DNA of 64,000 nt, from assembly GCA_964187785.1 (NCBI GenBank), contig OZ076409.1, positions 92,382,001 through 92,446,000 on the forward strand. Reading direction: 5' to 3'. Made by a program: the position numbers and the translations under genes. Shown here in pieces: positions 37,204 to 49,833 of the stretch. Positions within the stretch are counted from its first letter, which is position 1; each line of letters starts with the position of its first letter. The notes beneath the pieces were generated by a model that was not told where the DNA came from, did not search any database, and saw only the letters and a program-made list of their open reading frames with translations. This DNA comes from Amphiscolops sp. MND2022. Taxonomy: Eukaryota.

Positions 37204-38001
37204 TTTAGTCGGCGCTTCATGAAGTGAAACGCGACTATTATAGTGGCTTTTCTTTTTTTTCTTTTTCAATCCACACGAACTGACCAAAATAGTTGTTAAA
37301 AGTTCTACAAAATATTATTGCACCAAATTGCACCATTTGGCGTAGCAAACTGAACCAAAAAGGTTTTTCCTGTTTTCCCGCGTAACATACCATACCGGGC
37401 AAGACCAAAGGGTCCCTTTCAATTTTTTTCGGCACTGCGAGACTTTTTTCGGAATTTTTTTTCACCAAAATGTTCCCCCTTCATTTTTTGGCTGTTTTGC
37501 GACAGAATGGATGTTGGAAAATCCCAAAGGGTCCCCTTTCAGTTTTTTCGGCACTGTGAGATTTTTTTCCGAAAATAAAAATTTTCCCCCTTCAATTTTT
37601 TGATGTTTTGCGACAGAATGGATGTTGAAAAACCCCAAAGGGTCCCCCCTTTCAGGTTTTCGGCATTGTGACTTTTTTCTAAAAAATGTTTTCTCTCCAA
37701 AGGGTCCCCCCTTCAATTTCTTTGATATTTTACAACAGATTGGGTGTTTAAAAATCCCAAAGGGCCCGCTTTCAGTTTTTCGGCATTGACTTTTTTTCGA
37801 AAATTTGTTTTTTCTCCAAAGGGTCCCCCTTCAACTGCGACAAAAATGTTGACAATTTCGGGAGTGTCCCCCTTTTAGCGCGCCAGTCGATCCATTTTTT
37901 TGGTTTTTCGATTTTCGAGTACTGTAAATTGACACTTGGAAGTCCTTCTGCTATTTTTGAGCCTTGGATATGGCGCCAACTTGGGCCGGTCCCGGCTTGT
38001 T
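37204..38001 (+). mobile_element. HINE-like copy with expanded internal tandem repeats
   Basis: Family termini; about 4 imperfect units of roughly 110-120 bp containing CCCAAAGGGTCCCC. Confidence 0.82.
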
Positions 38002-38232
38002 TTAATTAGACAACTAGGTTAGATCAATGGGGATCCTCTTCAGATTTTTGGGAATATTTACAATTTTCCCTAAACGCATCCATGGGGTCATAGCATTATT
38101 GACGAAACAGGAAAGTTTTTTCCGAGTAGTTTCATTGATCACAAAATTTTTGACTCTCGAATCATTTGGAGTTCAAGCTGTGTATCCTAGATTTCGCTGC
38201 CCTATTTGTTGCCGCCACGCTTCTGCTAGAGC

Positions 38233-38520
38233 CAGAGTTTTGACACCGCTAAGTAGCGAATTAGCGAACGCGCATGAATTTTATAGCGATTTTATTAGCG
38301 GTACAAATTAGCGGCAACTAATAAACTGTTTAAAATCAACATTTCCTCTGAATCTTACACGGAGTTTCAAAACGAATATCGAAAGATACCAACTATTACC
38401 TGTGTGAACCCACACTTTATGAAAAGTCAAACGTTCAATAGTTCCAAGAAAAAGATATTCCGCGATACAGCGATTTTGAAAATAGCGGTTTAGCGAAAAA
38501 AAATTGTGTGGAACCAACAA
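38233..38520. mobile_element. hAT-type MITE, CAGAGTTTTGAC family, right end lost
   Basis: Left TIR and body are homologous to the other copies; abuts a piggyBac-like MITE. Confidence 0.75.
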
Positions 38521-38524
38521 TTAA

Positions 38525-38798
38525 CCCCAATGAACCTAGTGATGCTTTAAAAACGCAGCGGGCCGCACGAAGTGCGGAACTGCCGCGAAGCGGCGGTACC
38601 GGAAAAAGAGACTAAAATTCTGAAGGAAGGGGCGCGCGGCGACAGGGGCTCACCTGACCAAAATGAAAGCCCAATATCAGACCTTTCAAACGCGCTATAG
38701 TTCGTTCCTCTGGTACGCGTAGTTATGGAGATATTGATGATTGAAATTTTTTTGGCAAATTTTTCGAAAATTTTAAAAAACGCCCAGGTCGATTGGGG
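38525..38798. mobile_element. piggyBac-like MITE
   Basis: TTAA flanks on both sides; TIRs CCCCAATGAACCTAG / CCAGGTCGATTGGGG. Confidence 0.75.
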
Positions 38799-38849
38799 TT
38801 AATCACAACAGGTCAGTGATGACATGAAAAGTAAAAGATTTCTTTTCAG

Positions 38850-39101
38850 GCGAAGACGGCTGAGAACCATGACTCCCGTAAAATGGCACACCCGAAATGT
38901 GCTGGTGTGAAGAAAATCAATGGTGTTCACACCCCGCATTCGCCTGCTCTGCTCAGGTGCAGATGGCAGAGGTGTCGCTTCGTGACCAAAGTGGCAGCCA
39001 TATTCTACGACCACGTCACCGACAAGCATCTCAACAGTCAGAACAAAGGGGGATCTGAGAATGCGGCGAGCCCCTTCACTTGTAGATGGAATAAATGCAG
39101 G
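38850..39101 (+). CDS. AEBP2: AEBP2/jing exon (ZF1 and start of ZF2)
   Basis: TTTTCAG|38850; CRWQRC...FYDHVTDKH and FTCRWNKCR (GLI-like CxW fingers); donor GTACGT at 39102. Confidence 0.85.
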
Positions 39102-39114
39102 GTACGTATGTTTT

Positions 39115-39211
39115 GAGAGAGAGAGAAGAGAAGTTAATTTCCCCATTATCACGGGGTGGACGCCGAATAAGCAGTTTTGCTTTTCTAACTTGGCGCCTTT
39201 TTGGATACTAT
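39115..39211 (-). mobile_element. 5'-truncated copy of the same SINE
   Basis: AAGTTAATTTCCCC...GGGGTGGACGCCGAATAAGCAG shared with 33810-33890; (TC)n tail. Confidence 0.75.
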
Positions 39212-39226
39212 GACAGAGAAGCTCCT

Positions 39227-39628
39227 TGTTAGGAGTCGAAAAACATTTTCAACTACTTATGCAATCATGTCGTTTATTTCTCCCGACCTTTTAATGAAAC
39301 TTTCAAGTTTCTCGAAAACTGTCCATACAATTTTTATAAAATTTTGCACAGTCAATCTACACCCAAAGGTGCTCCTGGTTGCGCAATGGTATCAAAATAG
39401 TATGACTGGGATCTGAGAAACATAGCCATAATTAGCCCAAAAATGACTAAGAAACAGCCTTTTTGGACATTTTTTGTTGTATTCTCCACAGCAAACGTTC
39501 TACAGTCATTCTACACCATATTAGGGTCCTATGTGAGCAATTTCATCAAAATCGTATGGCTGGGATTCGAGCGAGTCAGAATGAAAAGTCATAATTCGAC
39601 TCCTTTACCGCACATGCGGCTCTGGTCT
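39227..39628 (+). mobile_element. HINE-like element of a different family
   Basis: subTIRs AGGAGTCGAA / TTCGACTCCT followed by hairpin CCGCA-CA-TGCGG. Confidence 0.6.
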
Positions 39629-39931
39629 ATGATGTTGAAATAGTACGACCGAATAAAATAGTACGAATAACGAGAAAAACGAATTAACCGGATGATATTA
39701 CTGTGATCGTCGCAAAATGGGGTCTGAGATGCATGTGCTATTGTTTAAATGGAATCATGTTTTTTTAAGTTTCAGATCTTCCATTAAGCACATAAAAGCC
39801 AATGGAGAGCATGTTTTTATGAAGGAACAAAATGTTATATATCATTTTAGCATATGTCGCTGTACCAATGCCTCTACCATGATAATTTTTAATGCTTTTT
39901 TGCGTTGAAGTTCCAATCAAGCATGTTTCAG

Positions 39932-40696
39932 CTTTTGCGGTCGGAAATACCTTCGTTCGAAAGATTATGCAAGCATGTTCGTACGAGTCACACTAAAGAA
40001 AAGTCGCACAGATGTAGAATCGACCAGTGTACTTTCGAGACAAATTTTCCTCAGCAGTTGGTGAAACACATGGATTCTCATGACAAAACTGCCGGGAAAA
40101 ATGCCTACAGAAACTATTGTAATAACCAGACTGCTGCTGCGGGTGCTAACAAATCAGAAGGTTTTTCTAGCCCTGCCGAGAGAACAACTTTAAGCCCCCC
40201 TTCTGAAAGTTTGAAGCCTGGAACTTTTTCCACTGACTCAGCGCCCAGTTTATCCAGACAATCTTCCAGAATATCTGAGGTGTCTTCTCGACGTGTGAAG
40301 TACCCTCCTGTGAAAAACATAATCAGAGATACTTCAAACCAGGAATGCCGTGACAATCAGCAAGACATTGACTCCACGTTAGAATGCTTGAGAGAGATGT
40401 CACAAACCATTCACAGTCAGCTAGATATAGACCCAGAAGGTCATGCACATTGTATCAGATTACGTGGTGACGTCATTGGATGTCGCACAACGCGAATAAA
40501 CGGCGTTAACTCCAAGCAATTGTTGATCAAGTGGAAACCGCATGGCATTCTAGGCGATGAATGGATGCCTTTCGAATCTGTACAGCAAATGTCGCGAATA
40601 ATTCCCATTGAACAAGTCCCTAGATCTTTTTGGTTGAAAAAGTTTCCAGTCTTGTTTCCACAAAAGAAATCTTTAAAAAATAGAAGAAAAAAGTAG
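39932..40696 (+). CDS. AEBP2: AEBP2/jing terminal exon (ZF2-3 and C-terminal PRC2-binding-like region)
   Basis: LCKHVRTSHTKEKSHRCRIDQC...LVKHMDSH; the C-terminal LLIKWKPHGILGDEW resembles AEBP2 LLLHWMPEDILPDVW. Confidence 0.85.
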   Translation, partial: LLRSEIPSFERLCKHVRTSHTKEKSHRCRIDQCTFETNFPQQLVKHMDSHDKTAGKNAYRNYCNNQTAAAGANKSEGFSSPAERTTLSPPSESLKPGTFSTDSAPSLSRQSSRISEVSSRRVKYPPVKNIIRDTSNQECRDNQQDIDSTLECLREMSQTIHSQLDIDPEGHAHCIRLRGDVIGCRTTRINGVNSKQLLIKWKPHGILGDEWMPFESVQQMSRIIPIEQVPRSFWLKKFPVLFPQKKSLKNRRKK

Positions 40697-41088
40697 TCCC
40701 ATATATTTTGAATAGTAGCCGAAAATATTTAATTTATTGAAAGTTTAATTATTAAAAGTTTATTTTGTGTATAGTATTTATTGTTAAACTGTTTTGTCAA
40801 ATGTTATTTGTTCGTTGAATGTGAAATCGTTTGAAATTGTTCATCGTTTATATTTGGAAATTCATTTTGAATATAATTTGTTTTGGGTTGTCTCGAAGGA
40901 GTAAGAAAATTCAACTTCATATTTCTAATTAAGTTGGGCTTTTGAGATTAAGTCTTTGAGCTCATAAGTGAATATAAGAGTATATAAGACGACGATTGAA
41001 AGTTCATTATAAAGACTTTGGTTGGTTAATCTTACAGGTTCCTAGTTTGATGTTTTTTGGTATCGCATTTTCATATTATTTTTAAGAT

Positions 41089-41554
41089 GGGGACCGTAAC
41101 TAAGGTCTAAGGAATAAGATCTAAAGAAATTTCGTAACTAAGATCTAAAGAACTAAGATCTAAAGAGCATGCACTGTAACTAAGGTCTAAATTGAACAAG
41201 AATAACGTCTAGGGAATAATGTGGGGTCATATATGGTGTATGCATGCTCGCACTCACTTAGCAAGATGGGAACATAAACGGCCTCAAGGGGCCGCGAGGC
41301 ACTAGAGGAAATGGGCACATATCCAAGGCACGTTTTATACTTCAAATCCATTCCAAATTGGGAATAACATCTAAAAAACGGAATAACGTCTAAAAAACAG
41401 AATAACGTCTAAAATTTAGGCTTTAGTTACGATTCGGCAGCTGGCATTCTCTAGATCTTAGTTACGAAAAATGACGTTTAGATTTATTTTGTTCTTTAGA
41501 TCTTAGTTACAGAAGTGCGTTTCGATCTTATTTCTTAGATCGTAGTTTGTGCCC
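41089..41554. mobile_element. MULE-like foldback MITE
   Basis: Long TIRs built of TAAGATCTAA repeats; flanks ATTTTTAAGAT/ACTTTTGAGAT. Confidence 0.65.
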
Positions 41555-42630
41555 ACTTTTGAGATGTCTCCATTTCTGAGATACATTTTCGTTTGCGAGT
41601 TCTATATAGACTTGACTAGTGAGCACCATATATCTACTGCTTATTATAATTTGCCAATTTCACCATGTTGATACTGAAGTGCGAGAAACCACAAGCAATT
41701 CAATAAAGATTTTCATAAACTGGGTTCTAATGCTTTGAGATTAGAAAAGTTTCGATTTTTTAAATGTAAAAAGCTTTAATAATCATACAGTGGATCCCGG
41801 ATATAATCAACGTCAGCCGAATGACTAGTGTTTCTTACAACCAAACTTTCTTATATGCTGGTTTAAAAGGCTTTGAATTTGCAGTCGAGGCGAAAGTACG
41901 CCTCTACTAAAAGCGGCTTTCTCATCCGGGATCAACTGTGATAATAACAAGACGGGAACGTCTCAAGTCGGCGCGCCCCACTTAAGGCTCAAAAAGCGCA
42001 AAGTTTTTAAAATATGCTCAGCACTTTTTTCATGGAAACTCACAAAGGGTGCTGTTTGTGCTCGGAAAACGCTTCGAAAGTTCGGATATAACGTGCTGGG
42101 CCACATGGGACTGCTTTTCCGAAGACCGGCCTTCTCAGTAAACCGCCATGTAGTTCGTATATAACGTACCAAGTTCATTCGGATAAAGCGCAATTTTTTG
42201 AACCTCTGCCTCCTCTTTAGTGAAAGGCTTCGGATATAACGTCAAAAATCTAGGATTATGAGCAGGATTGCGATTGAAGATGATTGTAGAAGTGAATATT
42301 GTATTGAATATTACTTGATCTGATTTGATGCATAATAGGTTGAGCACCCCGTATATAAAGGCTATAAACAGGTTAATTTACATACAAAATACTAGTAGCG
42401 CCAGATTCCTTGAAATGCATATAAATTCCAAGAAGTCCATGACGTGAGTCGTACCATATATGGTGATGACGTAACATGATTCTATGAAACGTAGTATCTT
42501 TCAGTGAAATTGACAGCAGTTCTGCGAAATGACCGAAAAGGCGCATTCTAATTTAAGTTCACGTCAATCAATTGTTGTTGTCCAATTTCACTCTCGTTGA
42601 GAATTCATTTACACTGTTACGCGGCTTGAG

Positions 42631-45600
42631 TCAGGTTAGTTCACTTTTCATTGTATGCTTTTTCAAACACTTGAAAGAATCTAGCTCGACATTTCTAACA
42701 CCCCCACTCAGACTGACCTTCTCCTGAAGTTCCAGACTGTTTCCGCCAAGAAGTCGATCTCTGTGTTTTTCAAGTTTTGGCTTAGCCAGAGCTTTGGTCA
42801 TCAGGTCTGCACACATGTCTTCCGTTGCACAGTATTGGAGTTCGACAGTTCCGTCCTCTACCCTCTCTCTGACGAAATGGTGTTTGATGTCTATGTGCTT
42901 AGTTCGCTTCTGCATCACAGAATTCTTGCACATCTTGATGCAGCTTTGGTTGTCCTCTTGTATGACTGTGGCTCCCTCTGACTTGACACCCATCTCTTCC
43001 AATAAAGATCTCAGGTAGAGAACCTCTTGCACCGCTGCTGCCATTGCTTGATATTCTGCCTCGCTGCTCGAAATAGCAGCTGTTGGATGCTTCTTCGAGT
43101 TCCAGCTGATCGCCGCCCCTTACTTCTGGACCATGAATGCAAAACCAGTTGTTGACCGTCTGTCATCGACGTCACTGGCCCAGTCCGCGTCGCATGCTCC
43201 AAAAAGTTGAAGCCCGGTAGCATCACGTCGAAATGTCAAACCAAGCTCCCGGGTGCCTTTCAGATACCGTAGCACTCGCTTCGCAGCCATCCAGTGAACC
43301 TTGCCAGGATTCTCCAGTTATCTGGAGAGTCTGCTCACTGTTGCCAGAATGTCAGGTCGAGTCTGCTTGGCTATGTATAATAGACAACCCACTATTCCTC
43401 GGTAATCACCGCCCTTCATTTCTGCTGCTTCTGTTGAACCACCCTCTGGACAATCAGCTTTACTGAATGAACTGTTCACATCTACCGGTGATGACACAGG
43501 CTTGCAGTCATCTAGACCATATCGTCTGAGGCACTCATCAATGTACTGTGTTTGACTGACAGTCACAGCACCGGATTGTTGCTTGATTGTCATGTCCAGG
43601 AACCACGCCAATGGCCCACGATCGTCCATTCTGAAACGTTGGTTGAAGTCGTCTCTCAGTTTGTTGATGCGGCCCTTGCTCTTGCAGCCAATGATGATGT
43701 CGTCTACCCACACCAGTACGTAGCACAATTCGTCTCCCACGCTGCTTGTGAATATACAGAAATCATTTTTGCTTCTAATGAAACCCGTTTCCTCTAAAAA
43801 AGAACTTAGCGTTTGATACCAGTCTCGTCCTGCTTGCTTCAAACCATAAACACTGCGTTGAAGTAAACACACTTTGTCGTTGCCCTCTGTGAACCCTTCT
43901 GGTTGTTCCATGTAGACCGTTTCTGTCAAAAGTGAGTTCAAGTAGGCCGTTTTGACGTCCATCTGATGAAGCTCTAGGCCCCACTGAGCAGCTAGTGCGA
44001 ACAAAGTTCTCATCGTCTCTGGTTTGCACGTTGGAGCATACGTCTCGTGAAAGTCCAGTCCCGGGACTTGCATGAAACCCTTCGCGACATAGCGAGCCTT
44101 GAATTTATCGATGTTTCCTTGCTCATCTGTCTTGATCTTGTAGACCCATCGCCCAGTGATCACCTTTCTATCCTTTGGCCTGTCAACTAGCGTCCATGTT
44201 GAATTATCGTTGAGCGAAGTCAATTCGTCTTGCATTGCAGCCTGCCACTTCTCCTTTTCTGGAGATGCCATTGCCTCTCTGTAGCTGCCAGGTTCGTAAG
44301 GGTAGATTGCCTCAGCAGCATGCGAGTACGCTAGACCATAGCGCGTTGGGACCCTGATTTCCCTTCTCGGTCGCGTGTTGGCTGGTTGAACCTCAACTGT
44401 TTGACCATTGTCTTCGTCTTGATCACCAGTGACCTCTGCAGCAGCTTGGGCCTCTGCGCTTTCTTTAGTGTTGTCCCCCACTGTGTCCTCGTGAGACCTT
44501 GGAGGAAAACTCAATGAAATGAAGATTTCACTTTCCTCGTTTGGTGTACCTCCACCCAGAAATGGAATGTTGTTCTCGTCGAAAGTCACACTCCTGGCTT
44601 TGATCACCGTCTGTGTCACTGTATCCATCATGAGGTAGGCCTTGCTGTTGTCGTCGTACCCAATGAACTTGGCCTTCGTTGCCTTGTTGTCCAGCTTGGA
44701 TCTCTTTGTAGACCTCTTGAGAACATAACCTAAGCAGCCAAAAACCCTAACATGATCTAATTTTGGTTTGTTACCGAAATAGACCTCGTATGGTGATTTT
44801 CCATCGTTGCTGCTTGTTGGACATCGGTTGCGTAAGTAAACAGCAGTTGCCATGGCCCTGACCCAGAATTGTTTGCCCAGTTTTCCCTCAAGCAGCAAAC
44901 ATCTTGTCATTTCAATACTAACTCTGTTGAATCTCTCGGCCACTCCCATTTTGTTGTGGGGTACCCGGCACCGTCAGCTCCTGATGTATGCCCATTGATT
45001 TACAGTAGTTCTTGAATTCTGTTGAAGTGTATTCTCCACCATTGTCAGTTCGAAGTTCTGTTGGTGCCCCGTAACGAACCACGTATTCTTTGAAGCACTC
45101 AAGGGTGTCACTTTTGCGCACCACAAAATTGACCACTGCATATCGACTGAAATCGTCAATGAACGTCAGTGCATACCGTGCCCCATGTAAACTGGGCACC
45201 TCGAATGGTCCTTGAATGTCGCTGAAGACCCGTTCGCCCTTGTGTTTGCTCCTCGTCTGGGTTTGCTTTGGAACTGGTAGTTCATGAAGCTTGGACATCG
45301 AACACACTTCACACACTTCGCGTTGTCCCCCGTTGAGGTCAGAGTGCACCTTCTTGACATCGTTGAAATTTAGGTGCCCCATCCGTCTGTGCCAGAGCGT
45401 TGCATCCCTTGTCTCCTTCGCTGAGTGTGCTCGAGCCAGGCCACTGAATCTGCATTGAAGATAGTAGAGCTGACCCTGAAGACACTTCGGCAATGCTTCG
45501 TCTTGACCACATTGAATGACCGGTTGGTCACTCTTGAAGATGAAAGTGTTGCCCTTCGCCTCCGCCCTACTGACACTCATCAGGTTCACATTGTAGCTTG

Positions 45601-46705
45601 GGACGAACAAAACGTCGTGGAATTTGTACATTCGCTCAATGCCGTTGACATCAGTAATGAACGCCTCCACAGTGCCCTTGCCCTTCACGTCTGCCAGAGA
45701 GCCATTCGGGTTGACCACACCCTCTCCAGTGTTGGATGCATCAAACGTCGTGAAGAAAGACCTATCGTAGACCACGTGATCAGTGCAACCTGAGTCCACT
45801 ACAAAAGAGGACTCCAGTTGCCGTTGCCAGCCAGTTCTTGAGGCTGAAAACGTCTTTGCACTGCTTGAGATCTCAGGTTCCTTGCAGTCCCGCTGATAGT
45901 GCCCCTTCTTCTTGCATCTATAGCATGTAATGTGGTCAATGCCCTTCTTCGTCCGAGCTTTGTGTCCAGCACCACCCTTCTTCGCATCGCGTGAATTGCC
46001 CTTCCTCAGCCCATGCATCGCCACATGATTGCCAGTCTGCTGCTCCTCTTGCCTCACCCGTTTCGCGTCTTCGAAGTTGCGTAGCCTCGTTCTGAGCTCT
46101 TGGAACGTTGTTGCTGGTTGGAAGCTCTCCTGGACCACAAAATGCTCGTATTGCTCGGGGAGGCCATTGATCACCAGAGCATTGAAGAGAGTGTCCGAGA
46201 CCCGTTCACCAGCATCGCTAAGCCTGGTCATCAGCTCTTGACTTCTGACGAAGTAGTCATCTAGCTTCTCGGTTGGACCCAGGCGGAGTTTGGCCAGCTG
46301 TCCCACAAGACTGACCACTGTCGGCCTCTCAGAAGAGTTGAAGCGTTCCAATAGCATCTTCCACGCCAGAGCCCCATCTCCAAAACCAGTCCTCTGATTG
46401 AAGCAGTCACTGCGAAGGCACATCAGAGTAGTGTTGTCCAGTACCAGAACCAGATTGCACCAGACTTCATTGTTGCGATTCTTGATGCCCTTCATGATCT
46501 TCTCCCTCTCAGCCACTTTGGTTTCGTGTTCTGACCTCTGCTCTGCAGTTGCCCCGTCAACCAGTTGCTCCAATTCATCTGGAGTATCGTCTTGACCCAT
46601 CACAGCACTGAACAGTCTCTTCGTCTGCATGAGTGCCACAAACTTCGTGCTCCAAGCGGGGAAGTCCTCTGCCTTTCCACTGAGTTGGGCAAGCTTGAAA
46701 TCCAT
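42631..46705 (-). pseudogene. Copia gag-pol polyprotein with 1 frameshift and 2 nonsense codons
   Basis: [14 protein letters not shown] knuckle, VVDSGC protease, WHRRMGH/CEVC and LRTDNGGEY integrase, KARYVAKGF/WVDD RT, DADWA and RTKHID RNase H. Extra G at QQNG/VAER near 44945; TAA at 43318-43320 and near 43120. Confidence 0.93.
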
Positions 46706-46777
46706 CTTGGAAGCCAGTTCGTCTAGATTGAGCCAGGCACGTCTTCCACAAGTTGAGCACGTCTGAGAGTTGTTAGA

Positions 46778-46791
46778 CTGGGCCCATAACC
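46778..46791 (-). other. Copia primer-binding site (internal tRNAi-Met fragment type)
   Basis: GGTTATGGGCCCAG directly after the 5' LTR, as in Drosophila copia. Confidence 0.85.
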
Positions 46792-49399
46792 TCTAGGACT
46801 ATGAGCAGGATTGCGATTGAAGATGATTGTAGAAGTGAATATTGTATTGAATATTACTTGATCTGATTTGATGCATAATAGGTTGAGCACCCCGTATATA
46901 AAGGCTATAAACAGGTTAATTTACATACAAAATACTAGTAGCGCCAGATTCCTTGAAATGCATAGAAATTCCAAGAAGTCCATGACGTGAGTCGTACCAT
47001 ATATGGTGATGACGTAACATGATTCTATGAAACGTAGTATCTTTCAGTGAAATTGACAGCAGTTCTGCGAAATGACCGAAAAGGCGCATTCTAATTTAAG
47101 TTCACGTCAATCAATTGTTGTTGTCCAATTTCACTCTCGTTGAGAATTCATTTACACTGTTACGCGGCTTGAGTCATGTTAGTTCACTTTTCATTGTATG
47201 CTTTTTCTTTCAAACACTGGAAAGAATCTAGCTCGACATTTCTAACAGAAAATTCGGATAGTATTGAAAAAATATTGGTGGACATATATTGAGAAAACCT
47301 AATATCAGATGAAAAAAATGCAAGGGTGACCCTTTGGAGACCCTTTCGAAAAAAGCAGTGCCGAAAAAAATCGAAAGGAGGGCCCTTTAGTCTCGTCCGG
47401 TTTTGTATGTTACGGTAAAGAAAAGAAAAAATCAAAGGTGACACCCTTTGCATCAACTTTTTCCTCCTTTTCCGAGGTATTCGTTTAGCTGAACAAAAAT
47501 AATTAGAGTTTCGTCGCATTCGCACCTCCTTGAAGAAATAATTTTGAAAATCGAAAAAAACGAGTGACTGTAATATTCGGGCTCTTGGGGTAGGGAAACT
47601 CAACACATGAAAACTCACCACAAGAAAACTCAACACAAAGTAAAAACAGAAAACTCAACACAGAAACTCAACATTTCAACACATTTAATTAATTTTAGTT
47701 GACACCTCAATTGAGTTTATTTTCCGAAATCTAACTAATTGTTAAATCCGTATTATTTCCGTTTAGACTTAGTCACAATTACGACTCATTTCAAAGACGT
47801 ATAATTTCCTTTACAACTTGTCATGATCGATTTTTCGGCAAAATGAATGTCAGTTTCAGCAAATGTAAATTAAAGAATTGTACCTTATAAATACCTTTAA
47901 ATCAAAGTTTCAGGTTGCATATTGGGGCGATCGCCCGAAAAGGAATGCAGAGCGGAAATATTCTTTTCACATCAGTATTTGATGAGGCGCAAAATAATTT
48001 AGTCAAAACTTCCACCGCTTTTGAAATTGATTTGCACCAATGAGTAATCTCGTCAATCTCCACTGAAAGTCTAGGCCTACTATTTTAGCTATTCGAGAAA
48101 TTGTTCGAAGGGTCCCCTTGAAGTTTTTGCCATTGAAATGGTGTGTTCCGGCCTTTTCACGCATGTTTTCGGCGTTTTTCTGCCGTGACAAATTATTTCT
48201 CCTAGGACTATTTTGTACAGCTTAACTGTGAGTATTTTATTAACTTATCTAACTCTCTTAACAAGTGAGTGATTAATGTCGCAGCAGTCTTTCGCTTGCA
48301 TTTAACTGAATATTTCTCCCGAACCATCAGAATTTGTAAAACGACTACCATATAGCTTTAGCAAACTTCGCAGAAAAAGGAAAAGTCAGGAGCACGGGAG
48401 TAGGTTTTACCAAAAACGCGTTTATCGCTTGTTGTGTTTATGACTGGCCTGCGAACGCTTAAGCGGTGCTTTTTGGGAGAAAACTTTGTCTCTACGAATT
48501 TAAGTTCTAAAAAGCTGCAATTGCTTCACAACGCTACGAACTTTTAGAAATTTTGTTGTGTTGTTGTGTTACTCTTTTCCCAAGCTACCACGACAAGAGG
48601 CAAATCTGTCAACTATACTGGTGTCGGGTGAAACACCCAGTTCAAAACTGTCCACTGTAACAGTTAGGCACTTTTTCGTACCAAAATAGCAAAAATTAAC
48701 TACCGAACCAATTAGGCGCAAATTTCAGAGGTCGCTTTTGCTTCTTTGCGTTTTCGCTTCTTTTGCGCTTTCGCTTACAAGCGACCTAATTTCCTGGTGA
48801 TGAGTACTCTAAAATGACGGAAAACTTTCCACTGTGAGTTTCACATTTGTCTTCGAAAACTAAAAACAGCAATTGATAAGTTATCATGGATTGCCGTCAA
48901 CTGCTTCAGCTAGAACTAAAGCCAAAAGCGTTAAGTAGAGTGTGAGTTTTGCTGATCACGAGCTAGTTTTTGATAGCTAGTTTAGCGAATTTTCACCTTA
49001 GGAAATGAAAGTGGGCATCTTTCTTTGAACGACTGTAATTACATTCAATGATGAATTCAAATTTTACGTTTCAAAAAACATTACCCGTGAAATATGCTGT
49101 CTTTCCCATCAGGTATTTGTCCGGCCGGACCCAAAAGTCCGACTGTATACAGGACCCTAACTTGATGCCCGGCACACCCCTACTTTTGGCGAATTATTCG
49201 AATTACTCCACGAGGTTTGACTGCTTCCAAAGGTTCGAACAACCTAGATCATTCTTCAATTGAAATTTCATTATTTGTTCAAGTTTAGAGAATTATGATT
49301 ATTTATTCCAGCTAATACATAGTTTACAGTCCAAGCATAGCTATCGTCGCCTTTGAAATATCTGGTACCCGCTCGATAAAATAACCGAATGGTGATATA

Positions 49400-49833
49400 C
49401 TGGGGTGTGGGATTTTTAGACCGTGGACCGAAACCCGTAGTGCCAAACCGTAACCCGTAAACCGTAGTTGTGAAAAAAGCGAACCGTACACTTTTGAGAA
49501 ATACGAGCGAATTGTTTTATACATTTAACAGCAGTGTTTCTGTGAAAATTTTGGAGCGAATTCAATTGTTCATTCTCAAATAAGAACGTCTTTAAAAGAC
49601 GAATTCGTTCAAAATTTTTTTACGCTATAATTTGCAGAGGGCGTTCCCTCAAATGCTTTTTTGGGGCAAGAAACATGAGTGCTTTGAAAACACCATTACA
49701 AAGATTTTTGATGAAGAAATTTAAATACTTCTGAAGCAAAAGTGTTTTTCAAACCGTACGCTAAAACCGTAAACCGTAGACGATAACCCGTAAACCGTAA
49801 TTTCAATTCAAACCGTACGGTTCCACACCCCAG
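49400..49833. mobile_element. hAT-type MITE
   Basis: TIR CTGGGGTGTGG/CCACACCCCAG; perfect 8-bp TSD GTGATATA; subterminal ACCGTA repeats. Confidence 0.88.

Larger units (their letters stand above)
42249..47247 (-). mobile_element. Full-length Ty1/Copia LTR retrotransposon, disabled
   Basis: LTRs 46792-47247 (5') and 42249-42700 (3') differ by about 4 substitutions and a 4-bp indel; PBS GGTTATGGGCCCAG; PPT TGAGTGGGGG; 5-bp TSD AAAAA/GAAAA; domain order gag-PR-IN-RT-RH. Confidence 0.97.
41946..47586 (-). mobile_element. HINE-like copy split by the Copia insertion
   Basis: Left part 41946-42248, right part 47248-47586; the rebuilt empty site CGGATATAACGTCAAAAATTCGGATA matches the copy at about 62262-62290. 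Confidence 0.78.

Noticed and set aside
44918..44960. Programmed ribosomal frameshift in Copia
   Set aside because: The shift falls inside the integrase core motif (QQNG-VAER) as one extra G; a mutation or sequencing error is more likely than a gag/pol recoding site.
47184..47636. 150-aa minus-strand ORF
   Set aside because: Chimeric read-through of repeat, HINE and Copia LTR sequence.
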